DNA of 64,000 nucleotides, taken from sequence record PV764938.1, one strand, 5' to 3'. The notes beneath the pieces are model-generated. The model saw only the letters and a list, made by a program, of their open reading frames with translations, was not told the DNA's origin and did not search any database. Position numbers and translations under genes: made by a program. Positions 37,052-46,171 of the stretch are shown here, in pieces; position 1 is the stretch's first letter, and each line of letters starts with the position of its first letter.

Positions 37052-37924
37052 ATGAGCTTTGCCGCGTACATTGCGAGCTTTTTGCCAACGGATAATCAGG
37101 AATTGCGGGACTCACGTTCCGCAATTACCAAACGACAAATCCAATGGTGGCTCGAAAACACCGAAGTCGATATCTTCGTAATCGCCATGAATTACGAAGC
37201 CATTGATTATCTGACAACTCATAGCCGTCTCCAATACATCGTCAGCCCACCAATGAAGTTAACCCCGGCTCGTAACGTGGGATTCAAGCAATTCTATGAT
37301 TCCCAATACGATTTCGGTATCATGATGGACGACGACGCCATCCTCTACGACAAGCCCCAGCATAACCTGGGACCCAAATTGTTTGCGGAGATGGCTGCAC
37401 AGATTCCCGCTTACACAGGTGTCGATGTGTTCTTCCCTATTAATCCTCAGAAGATTGGTTTCAACCCGATATGGGATAAGAATCCAGCCAAGTACAAAGA
37501 CAATCACGTCTTCAAGCGCAGCATGGATCTCAAAGGTTCGATGTTTGTGGTTCGTAATTTCCGCAAATACGGTATGACTGAAGTGTTTCCGGATTTGGAC
37601 TACAATTGGCAAGAAGATACCAAGTTCGCTATCGATTGCGTGGCTGCCGGCCATACTGTTTTGCAGTCGCATAATCTGGTCCTACACGAGCTCTCTGGCA
37701 AAGCAAGCCACTTTGCTGCGGCAGCCGAGCTTCGCGTTCCACGAATGCTGGAGGGAAACACACGAATTGCTCAGCAATACGCGGACAAGGGTCTCCGTAT
37801 GCAAGAGGGTTCACACCTTTTGGATCGTTCCGATTTTATGAAGGCTTGCTGGAAATACGCACAAACGGAATTTGTTGTTCCGCGTGCAGGAACCCAGCTA
37901 TCCGACCTGTTTGATTTTGGATAA
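37052..37924 (+). CDS. GT2-fold glycosyltransferase, TET-associated (TAGT/GREB1-like) type
   Basis: ARN..F....YDFGIMMDDDA (DxD motif), later EDTKFAI..VAAGHTVLQ. Confidence 0.65.
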   Translation: MSFAAYIASFLPTDNQELRDSRSAITKRQIQWWLENTEVDIFVIAMNYEAIDYLTTHSRLQYIVSPPMKLTPARNVGFKQFYDSQYDFGIMMDDDAILYDKPQHNLGPKLFAEMAAQIPAYTGVDVFFPINPQKIGFNPIWDKNPAKYKDNHVFKRSMDLKGSMFVVRNFRKYGMTEVFPDLDYNWQEDTKFAIDCVAAGHTVLQSHNLVLHELSGKASHFAAAAELRVPRMLEGNTRIAQQYADKGLRMQEGSHLLDRSDFMKACWKYAQTEFVVPRAGTQLSDLFDFG

Positions 37925-37926
37925 AA

Positions 37927-38223
37927 ATGTTCAAGAAAAGCCAGCTACTTCCGTATTTCCCATGGGTTGAACTGACCCACAAAAGTGGTCGCGTCGTTGA
38001 TCTTTGTGAAGCATTTGCCAAGCGCGATGCACGTTTGTATCATGTCTCCGACAAGTCGCCTGATGGTACTCAAATCATGGACAAGCCACAATGGTATCTT
38101 GACTTCAAGCATACCAAAGGCAATACGCAGACTATTGAGATTCTGCAGGAGCAAGCCGAAGAGCTTTCCGAGCATTGCGGCGTAAAAATCGAAACTTTCG
38201 AAGACGGAGTCTTCTGGTTTTAA
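37927..38223 (+). CDS. Hypothetical protein
   Basis: 98-aa ORF in the operon. Confidence 0.7.
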   Translation: MFKKSQLLPYFPWVELTHKSGRVVDLCEAFAKRDARLYHVSDKSPDGTQIMDKPQWYLDFKHTKGNTQTIEILQEQAEELSEHCGVKIETFEDGVFWF

Positions 38224-38281
38224 TATTGACGCCTTGGTTCCTGAGCTCGCATAATAGCGAAAAAGTTCAGGAACCATTTTT

Positions 38282-39310
38282 ATGTCAGAAAACCTCTTCA
38301 AGCGTGCAGCCATTTTCGGCGACATCCACTTCGGTAAAAAGAATAACGATCGTCAGTTCAACTCGGACTGCGAAGAGTATATCAAGTGGTTTATCGCACA
38401 AGCAAAAGCGTTTGATGTCGATACGATCATCTTCTTGGGTGACTGGCACGACAATCGCCACAGTATTCACGTAAGTACACTCAACTATTCGCTCTCCAAC
38501 ATGGAGCGACTTAACGAAGCTTTCGACAAGATTTACTTCATCACGGGCAATCACGACCTCTACTATAAAGAGAAGCGAGAGCTTTCGTCGGTCCCAATGC
38601 TTCGTAATTTCAACAACATCACTTACATCAACGAGTTCCTTCACGTTGGTGGAGTTACATTCTGTCCGTGGCTCGTCGGTGATGACTGGAAGAAAATTCC
38701 GACCTATGCGAAGAAGTCTTCTTACATTTTCGGACACTTCGAGCTGCCAAACTTCATGATGAACGCGATGGTCGAAATGCCAGACCACGGCGGTTTGAAC
38801 GCAACGCATTTCGAAGATCTCGAATACATGGCGTTCTCCGGACACTTCCACAAGCGTCAGGTCAAAGGCAAAGTCTGCTACGTGGGTTCGCCGTTCGCAC
38901 ATACATTTGCGGATGCCTGGGATGACGAACGCGGCATGGTGCTTTTGGAGTGGGGACAGACCCCGCAGTTCGTTAACTGGTCCGAAGGTGCGCGTTATCG
39001 CACGATGAACCTTTCTGACCTGCTTGAGGATCCACTGAACCAAATCACTCCGAAGACTTTCGCCAAGATCGTATCGGATTTGGATATCACCTACGAAGAA
39101 GTTCAGTTCATCAAGGACGTGTTCACGCAACAGTTTACACCACGTAAATTGGACATTATACCGAGCGCCAAGAAGAACGATGAACAGGACTTCGAAGACA
39201 GCAACATTCAGTTCCAAAGTGTGGATCAGATTGTCGTCGAGGGTCTAAAGAACATCGACTCACTCACGATGGACAAGAACGTTCTCATCGACATTTACCG
39301 GAGCCTTTAA
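38282..39310 (+). CDS. gp47: Mre11/SbcD-like recombination endonuclease
   Basis: GDIHFG, GDWHD, GNHD, GHFE, SGHFH metallophosphoesterase motifs. Confidence 0.95.
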   Translation: MSENLFKRAAIFGDIHFGKKNNDRQFNSDCEEYIKWFIAQAKAFDVDTIIFLGDWHDNRHSIHVSTLNYSLSNMERLNEAFDKIYFITGNHDLYYKEKRELSSVPMLRNFNNITYINEFLHVGGVTFCPWLVGDDWKKIPTYAKKSSYIFGHFELPNFMMNAMVEMPDHGGLNATHFEDLEYMAFSGHFHKRQVKGKVCYVGSPFAHTFADAWDDERGMVLLEWGQTPQFVNWSEGARYRTMNLSDLLEDPLNQITPKTFAKIVSDLDITYEEVQFIKDVFTQQFTPRKLDIIPSAKKNDEQDFEDSNIQFQSVDQIVVEGLKNIDSLTMDKNVLIDIYRSL

Positions 39311-39792
39311 TGAGCTTTGAAACCTATGACAAGGACAAGCTATTTGCGTCGATCCTAGATACGCTAAGGTCTCGGGTAGCCGATTACGATCGCCTGATAG
39401 AACTCGATGATATCGAGTTCCTTCGCGACGTCAAATGTATCTACGTGTACCATCCTGAACTCTTTGATGAGCGCGAAAACAAATGGCGCAAAATGCCCGA
39501 CACAACAGATGAAATCACGGACCGTACATTCCGTGAGTTCGAAAGTCTGATGCGGATCATTGAGCTCAAGCAGAGGTACAAGATCAACTTTGAAGAGGCT
39601 ACCAAGTTCTTCAAGGAATACTGTGCGTTCAGCCATGGCTTTCCACGGCTTGTCGACCATATCTTCTTCATCATCCCGCACACGGCGATTGATCCCCTAG
39701 TGTTCAAGTTGGCCACCGGCCTGCACATCTACGAAGTCAAAGAAATCTCCCTCTATGACCTCGTCCGCGTTGCAAAGGAAAGTTGTGAATAA
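39310..39792 (+). CDS. Hypothetical protein
   Basis: 160 aa, TAATG-coupled to gp47. Confidence 0.75.
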   Translation: MSFETYDKDKLFASILDTLRSRVADYDRLIELDDIEFLRDVKCIYVYHPELFDERENKWRKMPDTTDEITDRTFREFESLMRIIELKQRYKINFEEATKFFKEYCAFSHGFPRLVDHIFFIIPHTAIDPLVFKLATGLHIYEVKEISLYDLVRVAKESCE

Positions 39793-39855
39793 CCATTTAC
39801 ACGCATTGCTAGTACCAGCGTTGCGTGTAAACTCGTGCTAGAGGAGAACACAGCT

Positions 39856-40284
39856 ATGAATTACGTAGAGCAAATCAAGCGTACCTATTATAGCGAAATG
39901 CACGAGGCCCTTGTAAACTGTGGGCAAATCAACAACTTTGAGAGCGGTGATATCGAGGATCTAACATTCGCCTATGTGATCTATTCGAGATCAGTCGAAC
40001 GCGCATTTGACGAATATGGCGCAGACTGGATCGCCGAACACTACACCAATTATTTGGTATCCCCGCATAACATTTTCAAGTCGATATGCCCGGCTTTGGA
40101 CGCACAGGATGAAGAGCTCAATTATGCGTTTGTTCATCGGCCCTGCGATATTTTGGTTTTCACAAACAAACCGTTGAGCCCTGCTTGGTTCCGGATTGCA
40201 TCGGGTTGGCGAATCGCAGAGATTCAAAGCATCCCTACGCTGTTGGATTTTGTCCAATGCTATCAACGTCCTAGCTTCCAATAA
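39856..40284 (+). CDS. Hypothetical protein
   Basis: ATG at 39856 with GAGGAG RBS (track start at 39835 is an upstream GTG). Confidence 0.75.
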   Translation: MNYVEQIKRTYYSEMHEALVNCGQINNFESGDIEDLTFAYVIYSRSVERAFDEYGADWIAEHYTNYLVSPHNIFKSICPALDAQDEELNYAFVHRPCDILVFTNKPLSPAWFRIASGWRIAEIQSIPTLLDFVQCYQRPSFQ

Positions 40285-40286
40285 TA

Positions 40287-40316
40287 TTGAATTCCTGACA
40301 ACTCTGTTCGTATAAT
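40287..40316 (+). promoter_or_regulatory. Sigma70-like promoter of gp46
   Basis: TTGAAT-18-TATAAT. Confidence 0.6.
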
Positions 40317-40348
40317 GGGAACAATTAAGAATCCCAAAGGGACAGAGT

Positions 40349-42130
40349 ATGATCACAATCAACAACGTAACCATGAAAAACTTTATGAGTGTCGGAAACA
40401 ACACTCAGGCAATCGTTCTCAACGATGCTGCACTCACGCTGGTTCTCGGTGAGAACATTGACCAAGGTTCAAGTGGTTCGCGAAATGGTGTCGGTAAGAC
40501 CACAATGGTCCAGGCTATCTGTTTCGCAATTTTTGGTCAGCCACTGACCAACATCAAAAAAGACAACCTCATCAACAAGACCAACCAGAAGCAGATGTCG
40601 GTAACACTCGACTATACTGTGGACGGGAAGAACTATCGGATTGAGCGCGGTCGTAAACCTCACTATCTCCGCTATTACGTGAATGACGATCTTGTCAATG
40701 CGCCGGATTCCGACGAAGCGCATGGTGAGTCCAAGATCACACAACAGGAAATCGAGAAGGTTTTCGGAATGTCTCATGCGATGTTCCGTCACCTGGTTGC
40801 CCTGCATACGAAGACCACACCATTCCTGTCGGAATCCGCCAATAAGCAGCGCGAACTCATCGAGGAACTCATCAGTATTACTCAGCTCTCTGAGAAAGCT
40901 GAAACCCTCAAGAACATGATCAAGGAAATCAAGGACGAAATCCGCAACGAGGAAATTCGTATCAAGACGGTCACGCAGGGTAACGAAAACGTACAGAAGA
41001 CCATCAACGATCTGAACTTCAAGTCGAAGATCTGGGAACGTGAGCAGCAAAAGAAAATCGAAGCTCTTGCAACGGCGCTCGTGAAACTCGAGGAAATCGA
41101 CGTTGAACAGGAAATCGAAGCCCACAAGCTGCTCAAGCAGTGGGACGAACTCAACTCGGAACTGCAGGTACTTGACCGCGAAAACAGTCGTCTGGTCCGT
41201 TCTATTGGATCCTACGAAGCATCCGAAGTAAAGAAGCAAAGCTCACTCGAAGCCGCACTGGATCAAAAGTGCCCGACTTGTATGCAGGGTCTACATGATG
41301 AAGCGCACGCTCACATTAGCGATCGTCTCCAGAAGGAACTCGAAGAGATTCGTGACGAGCTGACCTCCACACGCGCAGAACAATCAGGTATTGAAACTGG
41401 TCTTATGGAGTTGGCCACCGCGCTTGCTGAGCTTGGTAACCGTCCTGCGACAGCTTATCGCAGCGTTGAACAAGCCTACGAACATCGTGGCCAGCTTGAT
41501 AAGCTCCGCGGCGATCTCGAACGTGAATCTCAAGTTGATAACCCTTATGTGGACCAGATTGCAAACCTCAGCATGAGCGCGTTGCAGGAAATCTCCTACG
41601 ATTACATCAACGAGTTGACCACGATGAAAGAACACCAGGACTTCCTGTTGAAGCTTTTGGTGTCCAAGGACAGCTTCATTCGTAAGAAAATCATCGACCA
41701 GAATCTGTCCTACTTGAACTTCCGTTTGGGCCACTTCCTGACCAAACTTCAACTTCCACATGAAGTAGAGTTCAAGAGCGACCTGTCCGTCGAGATTACC
41801 CAGCTTGGTCGTGACTTCGACTTCGAGCAGCTCTCGAATGGTGAGCAAAACCGTTTGATTCTCTCGCTGGCTTGGGCATTCCGTGATGTTTGGGAAAGCA
41901 TGAATCACAAGCTGAACCTGCTCATTATTGACGAACTCGTCGACTCCGGTATGGATGGCTCTGGTACTGATAGTGCGTTGGAAATCTTGAAGGAAATGTG
42001 TCGCGTAAACGGCAAGTCGATCTTCTTGATCTCGCACAAGGACGGCTTGGAGACCCGCGTTGATCGCGTTGCGGTTGTGCAGAAGGAAAACAACTTCACA
42101 ACCTACGTCAGTTTTACCGACGATATGTAA
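40349..42130 (+). CDS. gp46: Rad50/SbcC-like recombination ATPase
   Basis: Walker A NGVGKTT, zinc hook CPTC, signature LSNGE, Walker B LIIDE, ISH motif. Confidence 0.96.
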   Translation: MITINNVTMKNFMSVGNNTQAIVLNDAALTLVLGENIDQGSSGSRNGVGKTTMVQAICFAIFGQPLTNIKKDNLINKTNQKQMSVTLDYTVDGKNYRIERGRKPHYLRYYVNDDLVNAPDSDEAHGESKITQQEIEKVFGMSHAMFRHLVALHTKTTPFLSESANKQRELIEELISITQLSEKAETLKNMIKEIKDEIRNEEIRIKTVTQGNENVQKTINDLNFKSKIWEREQQKKIEALATALVKLEEIDVEQEIEAHKLLKQWDELNSELQVLDRENSRLVRSIGSYEASEVKKQSSLEAALDQKCPTCMQGLHDEAHAHISDRLQKELEEIRDELTSTRAEQSGIETGLMELATALAELGNRPATAYRSVEQAYEHRGQLDKLRGDLERESQVDNPYVDQIANLSMSALQEISYDYINELTTMKEHQDFLLKLLVSKDSFIRKKIIDQNLSYLNFRLGHFLTKLQLPHEVEFKSDLSVEITQLGRDFDFEQLSNGEQNRLILSLAWAFRDVWESMNHKLNLLIIDELVDSGMDGSGTDSALEILKEMCRVNGKSIFLISHKDGLETRVDRVAVVQKENNFTTYVSFTDDM

Positions 42131-42131
42131 G

Positions 42132-42169
42132 TTGACTAGGAGCCAATTCTCTAGTAGCATTGGCTCCTA
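42132..42169 (+). promoter_or_regulatory. Sigma70-like promoter inside an 11-bp inverted repeat
   Basis: TTGACT-17-TAGCAT; TAGGAGCCAAT (42137-47) / ATTGGCTCCTA (42159-69). Confidence 0.6.
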
Positions 42170-42196
42170 ACTAACCTCAAACGCGAGGCAACGGGT

Positions 42197-42409
42197 ATGA
42201 GAACGTCAGAGGTATTCGACAGTCTAGTAGACGCTGAAGCTATCTCAGACTTCTGCGTTAGCTCACAACTCGTGTATGCGGTTGCATACATCGAAGGCAA
42301 CTTCTATAAGGTTGCAGTCGAAAAAGTCGACGAAGAATGGGTCAAGGGACATTTTCCGGATACCCACGCATTCTACTGCACCGAGGAAAACAAAAATGTC
42401 ACAACTTGA
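42197..42409 (+). CDS. Hypothetical protein
   Basis: 70 aa, GAGG upstream. Confidence 0.65.
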   Translation: MRTSEVFDSLVDAEAISDFCVSSQLVYAVAYIEGNFYKVAVEKVDEEWVKGHFPDTHAFYCTEENKNVTT

Positions 42410-42836
42410 AATTCGCTTCGTCAATAAGTACGAATCCGTGTGGAACCCCAAGACCATGTTCTCGGGTTTCAAGATTCGTGCAGTGCTGGTCAAGTCCAAC
42501 GACGTGATCACAAACATCAACGAGATGTATCAGCTTCGCCGTCGCCTACAGCGCGAACTCGGCACCGAAGACGAGGATTGGATCCTCGAGGAAAATCCGA
42601 ACACTTTGGAAAATGAGCTCTACTTGCAGAACAGCGGCAAGCTGGTCATGTGGAAGCTCCAGGACAACGACAAATTCATCAGCTTGTTCGCGTTCGTCGA
42701 GCAGCACACGGATGATGCCGAAAAGCTCGAACAACAGCGCGTCAAGGATTACGAAGATGATCTGAAGGCACGCGAGGAAGCCCGTGCTAAACGATTTGCC
42801 GGCGGTGTTGATCCGAAACGTTCCGCAGACTTCTAA
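42396..42836 (+). CDS. Hypothetical protein
   Basis: ATG at 42396 with GAGG RBS; followed by a terminator. Confidence 0.75.
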   Translation: MSQLEIRFVNKYESVWNPKTMFSGFKIRAVLVKSNDVITNINEMYQLRRRLQRELGTEDEDWILEENPNTLENELYLQNSGKLVMWKLQDNDKFISLFAFVEQHTDDAEKLEQQRVKDYEDDLKAREEARAKRFAGGVDPKRSADF

Positions 42837-42837
42837 C

Positions 42838-42865
42838 AAAAAGGGCGCTTTTGAGCGCCCTTTTT
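42838..42865. terminator. Bidirectional intrinsic terminator
   Basis: AAAAAGGGCGCT-TTTG-AGCGCCCTTTTT between convergent genes. Confidence 0.9.
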
Positions 42866-43209
42866 TATTCTACTTCAATCCGGTAAATTCGCCGTACTAT
42901 GTCGCCGTGACATAGCTTGAACATTGTGACATCCAATTGGTTCTCAAACAGGATGTAATCGTACTTCTTGTAGGTTTTCGTGTCGAAGTGGGTGAGACGG
43001 TTGTCCATCGCATGTAAGCAATAACGTCCATGAGCCTGGTGTTCCAGGTACTCAAAGACAGACTTTGCAAGTACAAACTCTTCATTGCAATAGCGATCCC
43101 AGAAGCTCATAACGTGGCCCGGCGACATGCGCAGGCAAACTTTCCACTTGAACTTCCCCTTCGGGAGTTTCTTCAGCTTCAGTACTCGTGGTTTGCTGGA
43201 ATTGCTCAT
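42865..43209 (-). CDS. Hypothetical protein
   Basis: 114 aa with GAGG RBS. Confidence 0.7.
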   Translation of the reverse strand: MSNSSKPRVLKLKKLPKGKFKWKVCLRMSPGHVMSFWDRYCNEEFVLAKSVFEYLEHQAHGRYCLHAMDNRLTHFDTKTYKKYDYILFENQLDVTMFKLCHGDIVRRIYRIEVE

Positions 43210-43233
43210 AGGTAGTTCCTCAATTTTTACCTA

Positions 43234-43758
43234 TTATGCAACGCCCTTTGCTCCGAGTTCAATAAGTTTTTCCTTGTTGGCCAGCACAAAGCTCTCATAA
43301 TCGGTTACGATGTAAGCGCGATCATCAGTCTTCTGATAATGCACGTAGGACTTCAAAACGAATTTGTCCTTGAGCTTTTCGTCAAATGCAACCCAGGAAC
43401 CCTTGCGAGTAATCTTAAAAATTGTGAGGCTCAAATCACCGGGCTCCGCAGGTGTCTCGGTCTGATCGATCCAATCGTTGAGCTGTTTGCAGCAACCATC
43501 GATGATCTGATGGAACGCGATGTCCTTGTAGTTCTTGGCTTCCAGGTTCATCTTCGGGAGGTTCTCAGGCGCAATAATATCGCCCTTCACCATGCGCACC
43601 TGACCAGAGTCTAAGAGGACTTTTCGCTGGACGTTTTTGCCACCGACATAGGCGCCAGAGTTCGGGACACGCATCCAGTGGCCACCCAAGTGTTCACCCA
43701 AAAATTTGCAGATTGCGAGTTCCCAGCTATTGCCCTTCGCCTTTGCTTTGCTTGTCAT
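43234..43758 (-). CDS. Holliday junction resolvase (Hjc-like PD-(D/E)XK)
   Basis: KAKAKGNSWE..RVPNSGA..GDII..LEAKNY; TAAATA at 43793-43798 upstream. Confidence 0.85.
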   Translation of the reverse strand: MTSKAKAKGNSWELAICKFLGEHLGGHWMRVPNSGAYVGGKNVQRKVLLDSGQVRMVKGDIIAPENLPKMNLEAKNYKDIAFHQIIDGCCKQLNDWIDQTETPAEPGDLSLTIFKITRKGSWVAFDEKLKDKFVLKSYVHYQKTDDRAYIVTDYESFVLANKEKLIELGAKGVA

Positions 43759-43849
43759 ATTTTCGATTCCATAAATAGATTAAAGTTTTAGATATTTATG
43801 TACCGCTTTTATATTGCGTTGGATTCCTATTTTCTGTTATGTTCTGGTT

Positions 43850-44640
43850 GTTGCACAATTGCATCCAACAGGCTCCATAAGACTCTCCAGAGACCTCTCC
43901 CCATATACTCCAAATTGAATCCCCTCGAATGAGGGCTTGCCCGCAAATAAAACGCAAATAGGGGTGAACTCCCGGGCATTACCACTTAGGACTGATGGAG
44001 CGGTCCTATTTGTCGGCACTAGATGTCGACATTCTCCTGTTGCTGCGAAACGTACAATCATGCAACTTGAGAATGGGAATCTAAGCTTGTCCCCGAGGAA
44101 TGGGATCAGTTTAGTGAAACGGAGAGAAGCCGTTTGTGTCTAGTGCTATCATGACTAAGTGATAGCGAACCCATCTCGAAGCCGCTGGTATGAGCAAGGA
44201 GATGGGGTTAATTGTTGGAGTAACGAACCAACGACCGTCCTGATAAATTTTCAAATTCATTTGCTAATTTAGGAGCCGCGGGTAGTCGCAGTAATGCGCA
44301 GGGGATCAAGTCAGACCTAGCCCCCTTACACCCGTGCATGCCAGTCCATGTGCTTTATTTTGCCTTATTCCCCGCAACCGGGGGAGTCCGTACCTTGAAC
44401 AGAAAGGACCCAAAGGTCTTTAAGTAATCACTGCTTTAGGACTTCGTCCTAAAGAGGTGTCTGCGTTCACTTCGCTATTCGCTCTTTCACTTGACACCAG
44501 GGGATTGAACTAATTGGGGTTTGGGAAATTAAAAGCTTCGCTATTCCGCTAAAAGCTGTACCACTTATATGTGGGTCATGAGTTTACGAATGAACACGCA
44601 TATAAGTGGTACTGGTGTATATCCTCGGATATACCCATGC
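43850..44640 (+). ncRNA. Candidate large structured RNA (or replication origin)
   Basis: No credible ORF; more than a dozen stems read by eye; promoter-like elements upstream. Boundaries and strand are uncertain. Confidence 0.45.
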
Positions 44641-44708
44641 TTCAAAAGAATTTCCATAACCGTGAACACAAAAAATTCTACTTTAACAAATAAATGGAAT
44701 GTTCTGAC

Positions 44709-44737
44709 TTGATTCCATTGATGTTTTCTGTTATATA
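44709..44737 (+). promoter_or_regulatory. Sigma70-like promoter of RNase H
   Basis: TTGATT-17-TATATA. Confidence 0.55.
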
Positions 44738-44772
44738 AAAGAGAAAATAAAAACGACCTGGAGTTTCAATCC

Positions 44773-45159
44773 ATGAGCAAAATTCAAATATACTTCGACG
44801 GAGGTTGCAAACCAAACCCCGGTAACATGGAAATCTGTATCGTTATCGTAGGCGATGGTGCTCCTCAGCCCAAGACAGTATTCGATCTTGGTCATGGAAC
44901 CAACAATATTGCGGAATGGTCAGCACTGCTTTGGGCTGCTTCCACTGCAAAGGAACGCGGCTACAAAGACGTTGAGTTCCTCGGTGACAACATCACGGTT
45001 ATCAATCAGGCCGACAATAAATGGAAGATCAAAGAGCGTAGCTTCTTGCCGTTCAAGGAAGAGTTCATGCGTTTGAATCATGAGATCGGCGGCAAGCTGA
45101 CTCATACACCACGCGCAACTAATCGTGCTGGAACTTATTTGGAGTCTGGCATCGTTTAA
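44773..45159 (+). CDS. rnhA: Ribonuclease HI
   Basis: YFDGGCKPNPG, TNNIAEW, LGDN, NRA: the D-E-D catalytic motifs of RNase HI. Confidence 0.88.
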   Translation: MSKIQIYFDGGCKPNPGNMEICIVIVGDGAPQPKTVFDLGHGTNNIAEWSALLWAASTAKERGYKDVEFLGDNITVINQADNKWKIKERSFLPFKEEFMRLNHEIGGKLTHTPRATNRAGTYLESGIV

Positions 45160-45219
45160 GCGTTGACATACTGGATTGAAACTTTTATGCCTCTCGGACC
45201 CAATTCGAGAGGCATTTTT

Positions 45220-45651
45220 ATGAGTAAACCCTACATGCGTAAGGGCTGGACTTTTGAAGTCAAGTCCTGGGAAAATGACGGCGACAATAAGACGACTGTG
45301 AAGCTTACGGTTGTCCATCGCGATGAAGCCGACGCCTATGCGGATCTGATCAAGCTGTTCGATGACGATCAAATCGGCAACCTGTTCGAACCCGAAGACG
45401 ATGAAGTCAAATATCCGACTGAGCAGTTCAAGCTGTGGGCAACCAAGCATGTGGTTGCATTCGAGCGTATCACCGAACGCAAACTTGCCGACCAAAGCGA
45501 CGAAAGCATTTGGTACACCGTGCTGGATCTCGCATCGAATCTAGGACTTGCCGGCCGCAGTGAATTCACCACTCGCGTTCCCGATGGGTTCACGGTCTTC
45601 TATTGCCCCGAAGATGTTTTCCTGAATGACGTGACCAAGGATTTCAAATAA
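45220..45651 (+). CDS. Hypothetical protein
   Basis: ATG at 45220 with GAGAGG RBS (track start is a TTG inside the -35 box). Confidence 0.75.
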   Translation: MSKPYMRKGWTFEVKSWENDGDNKTTVKLTVVHRDEADAYADLIKLFDDDQIGNLFEPEDDEVKYPTEQFKLWATKHVVAFERITERKLADQSDESIWYTVLDLASNLGLAGRSEFTTRVPDGFTVFYCPEDVFLNDVTKDFK

Positions 45652-45944
45652 TGGCAGCTCTTCAAATTGTTATGGCTGCCGCTGCCCTGCACTGGGTTGG
45701 TGTGTCCATCACCACATCGAAAACATCCGAAGATATGTACCAGCACTACTTCAAGTCTGAGGAAACCTGCTGGACATCTGAGGCTTTGCCGGGTGATCGC
45801 GAAGACCGCGTTTGCATTCCAGTCCCGGCGCTTCCCGAGGAACTGTTTGAGGCTCAACGCTTCAAGTGCGCGGAAGACGCAGAACGTTACGCATGGTCCG
45901 AAACATATCGGCAGCCCATGCGCGACGCTTGCTTGCGTGATTAA
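45651..45944 (+). CDS. Small hypothetical, possibly exported protein
   Basis: Hydrophobic N-terminus, four Cys, TAATG coupling. Confidence 0.55.
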   Translation: MAALQIVMAAAALHWVGVSITTSKTSEDMYQHYFKSEETCWTSEALPGDREDRVCIPVPALPEELFEAQRFKCAEDAERYAWSETYRQPMRDACLRD

Positions 45945-46171
45945 AGGATAGGCAAGCGGGTATCGTTTACTCGCTTGATATTCGCGTCGATCAGCTTCAT
46001 GACGCTTTTGCGCTCCTCGTGAGACAAGTTATAGGCTTCCTCACGGGTTATGCCTCCGCGCATATACCAGCAAATCTCATGAATCTGATCGATGATGGCT
46101 CTTGCCTCTTTTCGATGCCCTGCGATGATACCACCGATAACTCGTGGATCATCCGTTGACAAGAGCCTCAT
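45941..46171 (-). CDS. gp51-like baseplate hub assembly protein
   Basis: EICWYMRGGITREEAYNLSHEER..LI..N; follows the gp26-like gene. Confidence 0.65.
   Translation of the reverse strand: MRLLSTDDPRVIGGIIAGHRKEARAIIDQIHEICWYMRGGITREEAYNLSHEERKSVMKLIDANIKRVNDTRLPIL

Noticed and set aside
43837-44143. Short ORFs (74 and 68 aa) in the structured non-coding region
   Set aside because: No RBS, atypical composition and overlapping on opposite strands; the region is better explained by base-pairing.
43850-44640. tRNA, tmRNA, RNase P, group I/II intron or IscB omega-RNA identity for the structured region
   Set aside because: No T-loop/CCA cloverleaf, no GAGGAAAGUCC, no recognisable P7 or domain V, no interrupted gene and no associated endonuclease or reverse transcriptase; left unassigned.
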